From Monocercomonoides exilis PA203 (taxonomy: Eukaryota; Protista; Preaxostyla): a stretch of DNA of 64,000 nt. A program made the translations under genes and the position numbers. The stretch lies in assembly GCA_001643675.2 (NCBI GenBank), contig LSRY02000045.1:310001-374000 (forward strand). Direction: 5' to 3'. The notes below the pieces were generated by a model, which saw only the letters and a program-made list of their open reading frames with translations, was not told the DNA's origin and made no database searches. Shown piece by piece: positions 1 through 14,300 of this stretch. How positions within the stretch are numbered: position 1 is the stretch's first letter; the number at the start of each line of letters is the position of its first letter.

Positions 1-617
1 TTTGGCGAGCTGACTGAGCGACATGTTCATCTGAATGAGGGTGTCAGTTCTGGGAGTGTTTGCAGGGCTGGTTCACAGGCAGTTGATTTGGGGTTGAATG
101 TGGAGCATGTTTCATTTGGTGTCAGCAGCCGTTCACAGCCGCTTTTTGGGAAGAGAGGAGGAAATGAATGAGATGGCGAGGATGTGGGAGGGATAAGGCA
201 AGAGACCGATTGCATTCGAATCATCGCTTTCCTTTTTGTCAGCTGTTCAACCATCTTCATCGTCATCGTGATCTTCTTCTTCTTTTGCTTCTGTCTGCAG
301 CCTGTGGGCAATGAGACATTTTTGAGGAATGGAGATGAAAGAGGTGGGCAATGCAGGGCATTGGTGGAGCCAGAGATGGAAATGGCAGTTTGTGTTGCTT
401 GGAGCAGAGAGCGAGATGAATGAGAGAGAAGAGAAGAAAGAGAAGGAAGAGAAGAAAAAGAAGAGGAAGAAGCAAAGGGGAAAGAAGTGATGTTCATTTC
501 TGTCTTCTCTTTTCCGATGAGGTCAGCCACCCGCTGTGCAGCATCTGCCTTCCTCGTTCAGCATTGAGCACTCAGCAAATCGAGTGAAGATACACATCAT
601 CTCTTCTCTTCTCCTCT

Positions 618-650
618 GCCACACCGACGCCACACCGACGCCACACCGAC
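618..650. repeat. Tandem repeat (GCCACACCGAC)x3
   Basis: Read directly from the sequence. Confidence 0.9.
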
Positions 651-732
651 ACCACTGCAACGCTGCAGTCACATCCATCGGGTGGTGTCTGAAGAACACG
701 GGCAGCTCCCCTTTGCCAAGTGATGACAGCAC

Positions 733-767
733 AGCAGCAACAGCGGCAGCAGCAACAACAGCAGCAG
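733..767. repeat. CAG/CAA trinucleotide run in a degenerate coding-like region
   Basis: CAGCAGCAACAGCGGCAGCAGCAACAACAGCAGCAG; reads as poly-Gln in ORF 720..965. Confidence 0.85.
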
Positions 768-2344
768 ATTGTGCATGGGGTAGCTGTGGAGCGGTTTCCG
801 CAGGAGCGACTGGCCAAGCATCTCCGGCACGATGTTCGCCTCCTCCGCGGAGTTATCTCTTGTCAGGATGGTCTCGCGCAGCTGGTCATTGCCCTCGATC
901 TTGTCGGAAGATGGAACATCGGGCTGTGTGCTGGCAGCACAGCCACTTTGTTTGATGTGTTTTGAAAGGGCGAGAGGACTTTCAGAAGAAGACTGCTGCG
1001 ATGGGAGAAGTCATTCACCAGAGAGGAGATGGAGCGGAGAAGCGATGGGAAGGGGAATGGTGAGGACAGGCTGTGTGGAGGATGAGAAGGGAAAGAGAAG
1101 GGGAAGGAATTTCTGGAAGAGGGCGAGAAAGATGAATGAAAGGAGAGGGGTGTTGTTTTCGGAGAATATTGTGAGGTGGATGGAGGAGGAGAATAACAAA
1201 GACAAGAAACTGAGAGCAGCCATCGCTCTGGAATTGTGAGGGGAAAGGGGAGGACGATGGCGAAGAAAAGGCAGAGGAATGAGCAGTGGATGGCCGGGCG
1301 TGGTGATTTGGATGGAAGGATCAGGCACAACATTTGGGAATGAGATTTTGTGAAGAGTTTTAAGTGAGCTGTGGAAATGGGATGTTTTGGGGGATGTTCA
1401 AGATCTTATGAAATATGATTGAATTGCGAAAAGAATTGTTTGTCACATGATTTATTCGCCTTCTTCAATTTGAACTTCCTCATCTTCCTCATTTTCTTCA
1501 TCTTCCTCATTTTCTTCTTCACTGTCATTATCTCCATTGTCACCATCATGTTTTCATTTGCACCACCGCAACAAATGAAAGTGTTTTTATGTGAAATCTT
1601 CTTCTTGGTTATTATCATTTTTGTCTTCATAGCCTTCGACAAGTCTGAGCTTTCCCTCTAATTCGTCTGCTTCTTCATCTTCATCTTCCCCTTCGATATT
1701 TTTAAGATTAGGGTTTGTGGAGGTTATTTGAGAAGAAGCAACAAGAAGTTGGACTTTGGATGTTTATTTTTTTTGAGGAAGCAGAAGGGAAGCGAAGATG
1801 AGGCAGAAGTGTTTTGTTGGTAAAAAGGAACGATATTTGGAGGAGAAGAAGAAAGTTTGAGAAGAATGATCATTATAAAAGATATAGGTTTGCCACTTTT
1901 TTCAATGTTCTTTTTCATCAATTATTATTGTTGTTGAAATTAGAATATTTTGCGGGTATATTTACTGCGAATATATGCCTATAGAATATGGAAAGAGAGG
2001 ATATAAAATGCATTAAAGAAGCCAGAAAATAATAATTGAAGGGGCGCTTGGAGGAGTGAGGGGGCGTGAAATATAAATGAAAGGAAAGGAAACGAAGATA
2101 AAAAATTTTTGAAGGCTTTGGAAGACATATAGGACGAATCTTGTTAAAAGCAAAAAGAGGGAAACAAAAGTTGATGATGTGGCAGAAGAAGAAATTTGGC
2201 AAATGATCGAGAAGAAAAAGATATTTTTTTTTGGAAGTTCGATTGAAAGAGAAAATTTGAATAAGGCGAAGAAAGAAGGGAAGGGGAAAATCAGAGACAT
2301 GATTTTTTAGAGATATTTGAAGAAAAGTTGGAAAAAGGAAGAAG

Positions 2345-5300
2345 ATGAGATATTTTTTTGTTGGGGAGTTATTGAACTCGTCGGTTGAGTTAAATCAAAT
2401 TGTATTGGAGAATTATGATAATTGTTGTTCAGTGTGTGGAATGAGGGGGAGTGTGGTTGTGGTGAGGGGATGTGGTGTGGAGATGGGGAGAGGCAAGGAG
2501 GCGGGGGTGTTTGAGCTGGGCGGGTGCAGAGGGGTGTTTTGGAACATCACGCTGAGAGGGGTTGGAAGGGGAGGAAATGTGTGTGGGAGACTGTTTGGAG
2601 GAGAGGGGAGGATGGGGCAGACGATGAGTGAGAGAGAAGGTGGAGGAAGAGGAAGAGCCGGATGGGGAAGAGGAGGAGGAAGAGCTGAAGGAGGAGAGAG
2701 AGGAGGGCAAGGAGAAGGCGGAGGAAGAAGAGGTGGAGAAGGAAGAGGTGAAGGAAGAGAAGAAGAAAGCGAAGGAGGTGGGAGTGTATTGGTGAGTGAG
2801 TCAGATTTCTCATCTTTTTGTGTGTCTTCAGCCCCATTTCTGGCGCCTCCCTTGACACCCCTTGTATCTCTCACCCAGCTGACCTTCTTCAACATCTCCA
2901 CAAATTTACCGAAAACAAGACGTCTGGCTGAAGAGTTGGGTCAAACCTCGTTTCTGATGAGTGGGTGCACATTTTCATCAGTGTGGGATGTTTATGACGG
3001 GGGCATTGTCCCCTCGCTGAACAGCCCCTCATCATCCTTGGCTGCCTCGAACACCTCATTTGTCGGATGCTATCGCTCTCAGAATGTTGTAGTCAGCGGG
3101 AGTGAAGGGAATCCATCGAAACCAGGGAGACAGCAGATAGCAGACAATGGGGCGAATTCATTCACCTGGTGCGTGTGGAATGGATCAAATACAACTGGAA
3201 CAAGCAATTCAGTTACAGATGGAATATCAAGTGGAGGGGCGATTAATATGTATAATCTGGGATCGGGAACACTTTCAGCGAAATTTTGTTCGTTCAATGA
3301 TTGCTATGCGCATTATGCTGGGGGAGGAATTATGTGTCGTTCTATCAATTCCATCAAGATCGAGAACAACTCGTTCAATGCTTGTACCGCTCAAAAAGAT
3401 GAAGGAGGAGGGATGTATGCTCTATCAATTTCAACATGTGTCAGGATCAGTGGGTGCGAGTTCCAGAAATGCAAAGCAAATTACTATGGAGGAGGATTAT
3501 TTCTCCAATCTTTTAATGTTTCTGGATCTTCCTGCATTGGAACAGAAAATGGGAAAGGAGAGAGTGCTTGTGTGTTTGAGTGCTCGTTCGCTTCGTGTAC
3601 GCTCACAAATTATAATGGTGGAGGGATGTATTGTGCAACTGTTCCAGCTGCATTCAAAATGAGGAGCCTCCAATTTATTTCGTGTTCAGCAGTGTCATAT
3701 GGCGGAGGATTTTGGTTTAATCCAAACCAACAAACAGCTCCAAGCAACAACCTTTATTGCTATTTCTTCTTCTTCCATGATTGCAGATGCAGTAGTTCTA
3801 CTCCATATGGCCACGATGTAATGTATTACGATTATTACAATCTCTTCTCATCGAATAACCCATTCTGTGAATCGTATACAACGAATAGCAATGATAAGAG
3901 AGTGTGCTATTATTATAATGGTTATCAGCATACAGAAAAGAAGGAATGGTTGAAGGAAGGGATGAAGGATCGGTATGTTGGGGTGAGTGGGAATGACGCA
4001 AACAATCTGTGTGGGATGAGTGAGGCAACACCGTGCAAGACCGTGGGGCATGCAGTGAGTTCGAGCATGGCACAGCTGAGCTCGACAATCACAGTGTTGA
4101 GTGGGAGGCATGTGAGCGAAGGGGCGACGATCAATGTTGGGGAAAAGAAGATTTCTGTTTTGGGGAAAGGGAAGACAGTGAGTGTGATTGGGACGAGTGC
4201 GCTTTCGACCTCTTCGACAACGTTGTTTAGCATATCATCTGGTCAACTGGAGGTGGGGCATGTGGGGATCGACCACAACGCGACAAGAAGCCCATCGCCG
4301 AGTGTGTTTGTGGTGTCACTGGGGAGCGGGACTCTTTCACTGGAGGATGTGGTGATCTCAGGTACAACTGGAGGAAGTGTTATATCAGCATCTGTGTTAG
4401 ATGTTGCGCTGAATCAGCTGAAGATGATTGATATTGAGATCAAAAATATAAAAATGAGTCAGCCTCTTTTCGCTGAACCATCATCAGCCGGATCATCATC
4501 AGGAGAGAGTTTGCTGGGTAATGTTACAATTCGGAATGTGAATCGGACAACAGGGGATGGAGTGGTGATGGCAAAAAGCGTGAAGGGTGGGGAGACATTT
4601 GTGGTGTGGAATACAACAATAGAAGGATGTGAGTGTGTGAATGGGAATGGAGGAGGGATAAAGGTTGAGTTGGCGTCTTCTTCAAGTCAAGTTAGAATTG
4701 GATCATCAGCATCGCACAGCGGAGGAACAACAAAATTCAACAAAACGAAGTGCAGTGGATATGGAGGAGGGGTGATGCTATGGCTGGCAGATAGCTCATT
4801 TGGTTTTGAGATTTCATCGGTGAGTTTTGTTGGTTGCAGTGCAACATTGGGAGGGAAAGATGTGTTTGTGAATGGGAGCAGGTTGGTGAGTGGGACAATA
4901 ACAAGTTCAAAGCTGGATTTCTCACGAAATGTTTCTGTTTATGATGAGCTGATGGGATATGACCGGAATGAGGGAGGGATGGGAATATTCCCATTGAATG
5001 TGTTTTTTGACACATTTTCAGGAGCAGCACATGTGGGGAATAAGGTGAATGGGTATGGAGGATATGACTCGTGGTTTTGTGGGTTTGGGTATTTTCCATG
5101 CAAAACGATCGCGTTTGCTTCACAGAACAGATTCAGTTCGTCAAAGAAGAACATTGTGTTGGATTCAGGGTTTGAGCTGGGAGAGGTTGTGTCGATGGCC
5201 GGGTCATATGAATGGGAGGTGTATTGTGGGATTAACAAGACAAATGTGAATGTGAGGGTGCCGAGTGGAATGACATCTTCGTGTTTGATAAATGTTCAGA

Positions 5301-8300
5301 GTGCAAGCTCAATAAAGAACATTGCATTCCAAATTCCATTTCTGTTGTCAAGTGCAACATCGCTCATTGTTTTGACAAGCTCATCACTCACACTCACAGA
5401 CTGCTCAGTTGCTCATATATCAGAGAGCACATCGAGTGTGGCCTTTGGATACAGCATTGTGAATGCGCAGGGTGGGAGTCTGAAAATGGAACGATTTGTG
5501 ATTGGTGGAGCACTTGTGTTTGGAGCTCATTCAGCGATTGAATTTTCTGAAGGAATGACGAGTGTGATATGTTCAGGATGCAATATCAGCGGAATCAAAA
5601 GGAATGAGGGAGATGGAGGATGGATGAAAGGAACAGTTGGGTCGAGTGGAACGTTGACAGTTGAAGGATGCAATGTGAATGGGTGCAGTTGTGGTGGTGG
5701 AAAAGGAGGAGGAATCTATGTTGGATTGAAGGGAAGCGGAAAAGTGGTTGTGAGTGGAACGAGTGTGATTGATGGGAATAAGGCAGAGAATAATGGAGGG
5801 AATGGAGGGAGAGGAGGAGGGATGTTTGTATTGATGGAGAGTGGAGGATGTGGATTGACAATTGGGCAGGATGTGAAGTTTTCGAAAGTGAATGGGAATG
5901 TTGCAACATATGGAAAGGATGTGTTTGTTCGTTGTGGGAGTGGAGTGTTTTTGGATTCAAAAGTGAATGCACAATCATTTGCATTTTTTGACGCAAGCAC
6001 CATTCCATCAGATGTGTTGAAATTGAGTGGATGCGAAAATGGGGAAGAAAATGGTGTGATTCCACTGTTTGTGTATTTGTGCACAATGGGGTCAAAAGTG
6101 CTTGTTGATGGGAGTGGAGGAAATGGGAAGGACCACAGTCATTGTGGATTTGATGGATTCAGGTGTTTGACAGTTGATTATTGTGCGAACTCAAGAATGA
6201 GCAGCACTGTGAATGAAATTGAAATTGTCTCATCTTCTTCAATTGCCAAGGAAATAACAGGACCATCATCATTTGGTGTGATAATTTCAGGCAGAATAGC
6301 GTTATCCGATGGAGAGAGGATGGGGGTGAATGTGAGTGATGGAGGATCAGCCACACAAGATTGGCTTGTTGGATGTTCGAGTTCAGTGACAATGAGCCGA
6401 CTTTCATTTGTTGTGAAAGGTCAGTTGAAATCAAGGAGAAGTGCATTCATCCATTCAACATCAACACTCAGTATGACGAACTGTTCAGTCTCATTTGAGA
6501 GTGGGGCATTGACCAATGGAAAGATCGGATACAGCATCATTGGCATGGCAGGAGGGAATCTGATTGTTGATGGATTTGTGATGGAAAGTTCATTGAAGAC
6601 GAATGGGAAATCTCCAATAACGATGACAAGTGGAGTTCAATTGGAATTGAAGAACAGCAGAGTGAGTGGAGTGGAGGTGGAAGTTGCAGGTGGAAATGGA
6701 GGAGGGGGATGTTTGAATGTTGGGATGGGGGATAATGGGAATGTGAAAATTGAAGAAAGCAATTTTTCATCAAGATGCACAGGTGGAAGTGGAATGAAAG
6801 GGGGAGGGATGATGATATCAGTTGGAAGCGGAGGAACATTGAGGGTGAAAGGAGTGAAATTATCAGGATGTGAAGTTCCATCAGAGGATATTGAGAATGG
6901 AGGGAGAGGAATTGGGGGAGGGATGTTTGCTGAATTTGTCAATCAAATGGGAACATTTTCATTGGAAAGCATGACATTTAGTGGGTGCAATGCATGGAAA
7001 GGGAAGAATTTGTTTGTAGAAGCGTCGGATTTATCGGCTGCCATCAACAGCACATCAATAGGATTCAATCCAGAAATTGGAATTAATGTTGCAGACTTGA
7101 ATGAACTTTGTGGAAGAGAAAGAGACAAGGCAGAGCTGATTGTTCCACTTGTTGTGTTTCTTCGAACATTTTCATCTCCAGCATATGTGAGTGGGAGAGA
7201 ATTAGGAAGTGAATTCAGGCTGTGTGGATATGAAGATTTCCCATGCATAGGAATTGGGAATGTTGGAGAAGTTCAGTTTCCGAGTTCAAAGAGAGTGATC
7301 AGACTGACAAGCACATTTTCATTTGTTGAAGAAGTGAAGTTGGATGAACAATCATATGAGATTGATTCGAGCAACAAAGATGTTGGATTGAAAGTTGGAG
7401 GAACAGGAACAAAAACACAAGAAGCATTGGTGATGAACAGTGTTTCATCAACATTGACAGGGATATTATTTGAATTGGGAGAATCGATTTGGGAACATAC
7501 ATCATTTGTTCATTCTTCAGGAGGGACATTGAGGTTTGCTGATTGTGGGATAAAGATGGGTAATGGAGTGGATGCAGTGAATTATGAGTTTGCGAGTGCA
7601 AGTGGAGGGAATGTGGAGATTATCCGGATGAGTTGTGGAGGGAGTGAGAGAAAAGTGAAATTTGGAATGAAGGCATTCATTGTTATTAATGGAAATGGGG
7701 GTGCTTCGATTGAGGATTCGTTGCTTGAGAGTGTGGAAACAACAAATATGAAGGGATTGATTGATTATTCATCATCATCGAGTTCATTGACGATTGTGAA
7801 TGTGACAGCACAAGAATGTGTGATGGGAGGAAAAGGACTGATATGGGATGATAATGGAAAGAAGCTGGGGATGAGGAATTGCACGATTATGAAGATGAGC
7901 AGTTTGGAGGGAAATGGGAGTGTTGTGAGTGGAGAAGTTGGAAATGGATGTGCTGTTGAGGTGAATGATGTTGTGATTGAAGGATGTGGAACATTGAAGG
8001 GATGTGGAGGAGGGATGAGTGTGATATTGAGGGGAACAGGAGAAATGCGTTTGGGGAAGAGTGGAGTGGTAACATCATTTGAGAAATGTTCGGCTGGAGG
8101 TGAGGGATCAATTGGGGGATATGGAGGAGGAGTGTTGCTGAGATGCGAAGAAGGAGGAAGCGACTTTGTGATGAGTGGATTGACATTTGGAAGAGGTGAG
8201 GGAGCAAACACAGCGGCACATGGAGGAAACAATATGTTTGTTGAAGGAACATATTTGTATCAATTGGTGAATAATGTTTCATTCGACTTCTCATTTGAGA

Positions 8301-11300
8301 CTGAAGGAGATGGATTCAACATAAAAGATCTTATGGGAGCAGAAGATGGAAATGAGTTGAAATTGATCCCCGTTGTGGTGTTCTTTCGAGAGAAGCCGAG
8401 TGTTGGGTATGTGAATGGGGGAAATGGAGGGATGGACTATCATAAATGCGGATATGCTGACTTTGCATGCTCCACATTGACATATGCAGGAACAAGTGTT
8501 TTTGACACGTCGCCAGCAACACTGAAACTTGTCGATGGAAGTTTTATTTTCGATGAAATGACACTCAACACTCAAGAAATGAACATTGATGGAGATATTG
8601 AAAAGGCAAAGATTGGAATAAGCGAAGGAGGAGAGGAAGGAAATGAATTTTTGATAAAGAGCGAACAAACAATATCATTTTCATCATTGGCATTATCGAT
8701 ATCAACATTTGCCGAATCAAGAAAGGAGTATGTATTTCTGTGCAGTTCAAGCACATTGAGATTTGAAGGATGTTCATTTGGAGCAGAATCAGAAAGTATT
8801 GGAGTGGGATTGATTTGCGGGAAAGGAGGGAAAGTGGAGTTGGCAAATTGTGAATTTGAAAATATCCGAATGACCAAATTAGGGATGGTGACTTTTGATG
8901 GAGCAGGGGTTGGAGGATTGATTGATGAGGTGATTGTGAGGAATGTGACAAGAGAATATGAGGGAAGAAGCTTATTTGAGCTGAGAACTGGAGGAGATAT
9001 TGAGATTAAGAACACGACGATGAATGAATCTCATTTTGATGATGGAAATGAGATTGAGATTGGAGAAGGGATTAATGCGAAAATCTGGAACTGCACATTC
9101 AAATCAATTCAGAGAGTGAATGGGAATGGAGGGGTGTTGAATGGGAGAGTGGGGAGCGGGAAGTGTGTGGATATTAACAAATGCGTGTTTGAGGAATGCG
9201 GATGCGAGTCAATGAGCGCAATTGGGGGAGGGGTTGTTCTGATTGTGGGAGATGGAGGAAAACTGTTGTTTGATGATAACAAGATGAATGGATGCACAGT
9301 TTCAGAGAGAACCGGAAAAGGAGGAGGGTTGCATCTGACATTTGAAACAACGAATGCAGAATATTCTATGAAGAATGACACTTTCACGAACAATGTGGCA
9401 GAAAAAGGAGAAGATGTGTATTTGGTGTGCGGATCACCATGGACGATGCTTCTTCCAGCGTTGTGGGAAGGGACAGCCACAAGAGTCACAGCAGAAAATA
9501 AGATGTGGGTGCTTGAGTCATCTGAAGCAAGAAAAGAAGACTCACTGATCAATTATCTGTTTCCAAGGTTGGGAACGGATTTGTTTGTGAGCAATACTGG
9601 AAACGGATTATCAAGTTGTGGAGCGAAAGAAAATCCTTGCTCGTCTGTTGATATTGGGTTTGATCGGTTGAACGATGAGATAGAGAGGATTATGCTTGTT
9701 GGTGCTGCTTCAGTGAGCAAGACTATCAACAGAGGTGGGAAAGGACTGACAATCAAAGGGAATGAAGTTACAAAAAAACTGGTTGTTGAAGAGGGAGGGA
9801 AATTTGAATTGATAGAAGGAGATGGGCAAACACATTTGACTTTGTCACTTCTTCAGATTTCGCTTCCATGCTCCTCCTCTGCAAGTGCAAGTGGTGATGA
9901 ATCGATTGTGGAAGTGAGGATTGGTGAATGCTTCATTTTGGATTGTTTGTTTTCAAAAGGAGGTGGGAATTCAAATGTGAATGAGTGTGGGAAGTGGATA
10001 GTGATTGGGAATGGAGGAGTCATTCGAATAGAGAGAACAGAAATGAATGGGATAACATTTGAAGGATGTGGAATTGCAAGATTTGGAGGAGGGAATGTGA
10101 TATTTGAGAACTGTTCATTGGATGGGATTGAGACCAGCGGAGAAGGAGTGATAGTGGGAAATGGTGGATCTGAAGTGACATTGAGGAACATGACAGCATT
10201 GGGGTGTGTTGTGGGAGCAGGATCGCTGATAACGTCGAATGGAGGATCGAGTTTGATGGTTGATGGAGAAAGCAGATTTGAGAATATCGAGACAGAAAGT
10301 GTGAGTGGAGGGTGTTTGAAGAGTGAGATGAAGCTGAATGATTTGCTTGAAATTGGACCATCATCCATATTGAAATGCTCTGCGAATGGAAATGGAGGAA
10401 GAGGAGGAGGAATATATCTGGATTTGAGTGATGATTGTGTGAATAACTTTTCACTTTCAACATTGACATTCGAAGGCAATGTTGCAACTGAGGGAAGGGA
10501 TTTGTTCATTTCGTGCAAGAAACTGAATGAAACAGTGACGAAGGAGAGGTTTGGATTTGAATACAAATATGAAAATGGAGAAGGAGAATGGATGGCAGTT
10601 GATATGAAAGGGATTGACAGAGACTATTTTGCAGAGAGTGTTGATCTTGGGCTGTTTCTTGTTGAAATGAAGGGAATGGAGGTGTGTGTGTCGAAGGATG
10701 GATATGACACATTGGGATGTGGGAGCGATGGATATCCATGTGAATCAATGTGGAGTGGAATAAGCCACATTGACAGAAGTGGAACGGAAGGAGAAAGGAA
10801 AGTGAAAGTGAGGGATGAAGGGACAATTGAAGATATTTATTCTTTCACAGATGCACTTGCGATTGATGGGTGTGTGAATGAAGGAGATGATGATAAACAC
10901 AGGACAATTCATTTTGAAGGGACAATCAATGGGGATTCTGCATCATCCTCATCTGTTATTTCATCAACTGTATCATTAAGCTTGTTTTCTTTGAAGCTGC
11001 AGATTCCAAGTCAATTTGTACCAAGTATGAATTCCTTGATCTCTTCTAGTGGGGTTCTTAAACTCGAAAGCTGTTTATTTAGCATCCAATCATCAACGAC
11101 CATTCAATACTCATTGATATCCACAATAAGTGGAAGTTGCATATTGAAAGGATGTAGTCTGACAGATTTTTCATTTTCCATTTCACCACTGGTAATGGCT
11201 TCTTCTGTTTTGTTCGAAAACAGCAACTTTTCAAACATTAGGAACACTGGAAGTGGTGAAGAAGGAGGCGTTGCAAAAGTGATATTGCAAGGGAATGAAA

Positions 11301-14300
11301 AACTGGAAATAAAATCAACAAATGCATCATCGTGTTCACTTTCATCAGGCAATGGAAAAGGAGGATTTCTGTATTTGGATTGCCAAAATTGTTTGAATGA
11401 GAAGCCATTTGTTTTTGATGCTGACGTAACTTTTAAGAATAACAATGCAGCCATTGGAAAGAATGCGTTCATTTTTGCATCTGATCTGAACAAGACCGTG
11501 ACAAATGATTCATTCCACTTCAATTACTTGCCCATGATAAATGACAGCAATTTGTTTGTTGGGAGTGACAACTTTCATTCAAACAATGATTTGTTCATGT
11601 TTCTGATTCCATACAGCTCAACTGAGATATTTATCTCATCAGAAGGATTTGATGTGGCACGTTGTGGAAGTGAAGAAGAGCCATGCTTCACAATGTGGAA
11701 AGGGATGGAAAACATGAAAAAGGAGATTGGAAAGAAAACAATTCAGATTAAAGGATCAACAATCATTCGAGATTCATTCAATGTGTCCAATTATCAGATC
11801 AAAAGAGTGTGAAGATGGGAGAAGAGAATGTGAAAGCGATATTGAATTTTGAAAAGGCAATTGGAAATCAATTGGAATATTTCATGGAAAACGATGTTCG
11901 TCTTGAATTTTTCAACATCCAACTTCAACTAACATCTGGATTTGACAACTCAGCCAAAACAATTATTTCCAACAAAAATGGAGAATTGGTGATAAGTGAA
12001 TGTTCATTCCATTCAGAAGCAAGAGTGAACAATGGATTTGATTGTGTGTTTGTGGATGTGATTGGAGGCAATGTGGAAGTGAATGATCTGTCGATGGAAT
12101 CATGCAATGTTGGAAACAGTATTTTTGTCATTCATGATTCTGGAATTACTTGCCATTTTGTGAATGTTCGAGTGGAATCGTTGAATGAAAGCAGAGAATG
12201 TCTTCTTCTGATCAAAGGAACTGAATTAACAACAAAGATAAATGAAGGAGTCGAGGAAATGAGTCTCAACATTGATAATTCGTCATTTTCAGGAGTGAAG
12301 AGAAGTGACAATGGAGCAAGCATTTTGGAGTCAAAGAGTGAGAATAAGATTTGTTTGGTTGTGAATTCGAGCAACATCACAGAAGACAAAGCTGAATCAA
12401 GTGAAAAAGGAGGGGCGATATTCTTCACATTGGGTGCATCTGGATCAATGAAGATGATTAAGTCCGAAGTCAGTCAATGCAGCTGCACCAATGGGAAAGG
12501 AGGAGGGGTGTATCTGGCAACAAAAGAACGAGGGGAATTGAATTTCACATTTGTTGGAATGAAATTCAGTTCAAACACAGCAAGAGTGGGGAATGACATT
12601 TTCATTGAATGTTTCAACATCTCTTCTCAGATCAATGAAAGTCAATTTCAGTTTGATCTTCGAGAGAATCATTACTCACGAATTAATGCAATCTATGGAA
12701 TTGATAGTTGTGAACACAAAGAAGATGCAAATCTGATTGGATTTGTGACTATCCATCAGAGTGACACAATTGTTGTGAGCAGTGAGGTTGGATCGAATGA
12801 CAGACAATGTGGAACAAACACACTTCCATGTGATTCAATTGAGCATGGGCTGGTGCATTTGACATCTGAATATGTGAGTCTATTGTATGTTGACGCTGAG
12901 AGTGTGATTGGAAGAGAAATTAATCTGGAGGAGATGAGTCTGAGTTCGAAGAGCAGAGAAAATTGTAAAGTTGAAGTGAAATCAAACATTGAAAAAACAA
13001 GAGAGACATTGATAACAACAAGAGAAACAGTCTCGTTGGTGAGAGTCAGCTTTGTGTTTGATTCGTATTTCATCTCTTCACATGAATCATTGATGTCACC
13101 CGAAAGAGGAATTCTTGAGATAATAAATTGCTCATTTGACTCAAAACAATCGGCTGGAGAAGGAAGTATAGAATTAGCAAACATTCCATTTCACATTTTC
13201 AACATGGCAAAAGGAGAATTACAACTCGATGGATGCACAATATCAAATCTCATTCTTCATAAATCTGCATTGTCTCTTTCATCACCACTTCCATCAGTGA
13301 TTTATTTGTTTGAGATCAGCAATTCAACAGCTAAAACTTCTCTGATAGATATTAATGAATGTGGACAATTAAACATGGAAAAGTTTCATTCAGAAAATAT
13401 CACAGTTGAGGGAAATGAAGAATTATTGATATCTTGCTTGTCAATGAAAAAGACAATTCAATTTTCAAATTGCACAATTGGTGGAGTCGGTTCAAAGACA
13501 ACAAAAGGGAAATTGATGAAATTGGAGGATTGTTTGGATGTGAAAATGGACAGTTGCATTTTTAATGGAAATTCAAAGGAAAGAAACGAGAAGAATTTGA
13601 ATGAAGGGGAAGAGATGTGCAGATGGTCAGGATCTCTTATGGATATTGTGAAAAGTTCTGTGATGATGAAAGTTTCAACAATATCGAATACATCAGATGG
13701 AGGAATAACAATGAGGGGAGGAAATGTGAATATTGAGAAAGGAGAATTTTTGAGTAATAATCCATCAATTGAAGGATATCCATCATTGAGAAGAAATATC
13801 ATCTGCTCAGATTCAGGAACATTGAATGTGATGAGTTTGAAAGGAGGAGATGGAGTAAAAGATAGCTCCTCACTTTGGATGTTGAATGAAGGGTGCAGTT
13901 TTGAAGGGATTGTTTCTGAGAGAGATTCATCATTCTTCATTCCTGTTCTGGAGAGTGTGGAAGCAAAAGAAGAAGCAAACAGAATGAAGCTGACATTCAA
14001 AGGAATGCTTCTTGTTCCATGCAATTTGTCATTCTCAGTTGTGAAGAAGAAGGGAGAAGAGAAAGAGATTGAACATTATGATTTTGATTCAAATGGATTC
14101 TTATCGGAAATAGAAGTTGAAGGAAGTGTGACAAAAGATCTCATTAGCAATTGTGGAGATGAAATCGAGGTGAGTGTGCATATTTTATTTGGGAATGAAG
14201 AATCTCCTTCGTCAACACAGCCATTCATTCTGAAGAATACAAGTATTTCTACACCAAAAGATGATGAAAGAATCTCAAAAGGAGGAAATTCAAATGGAAA

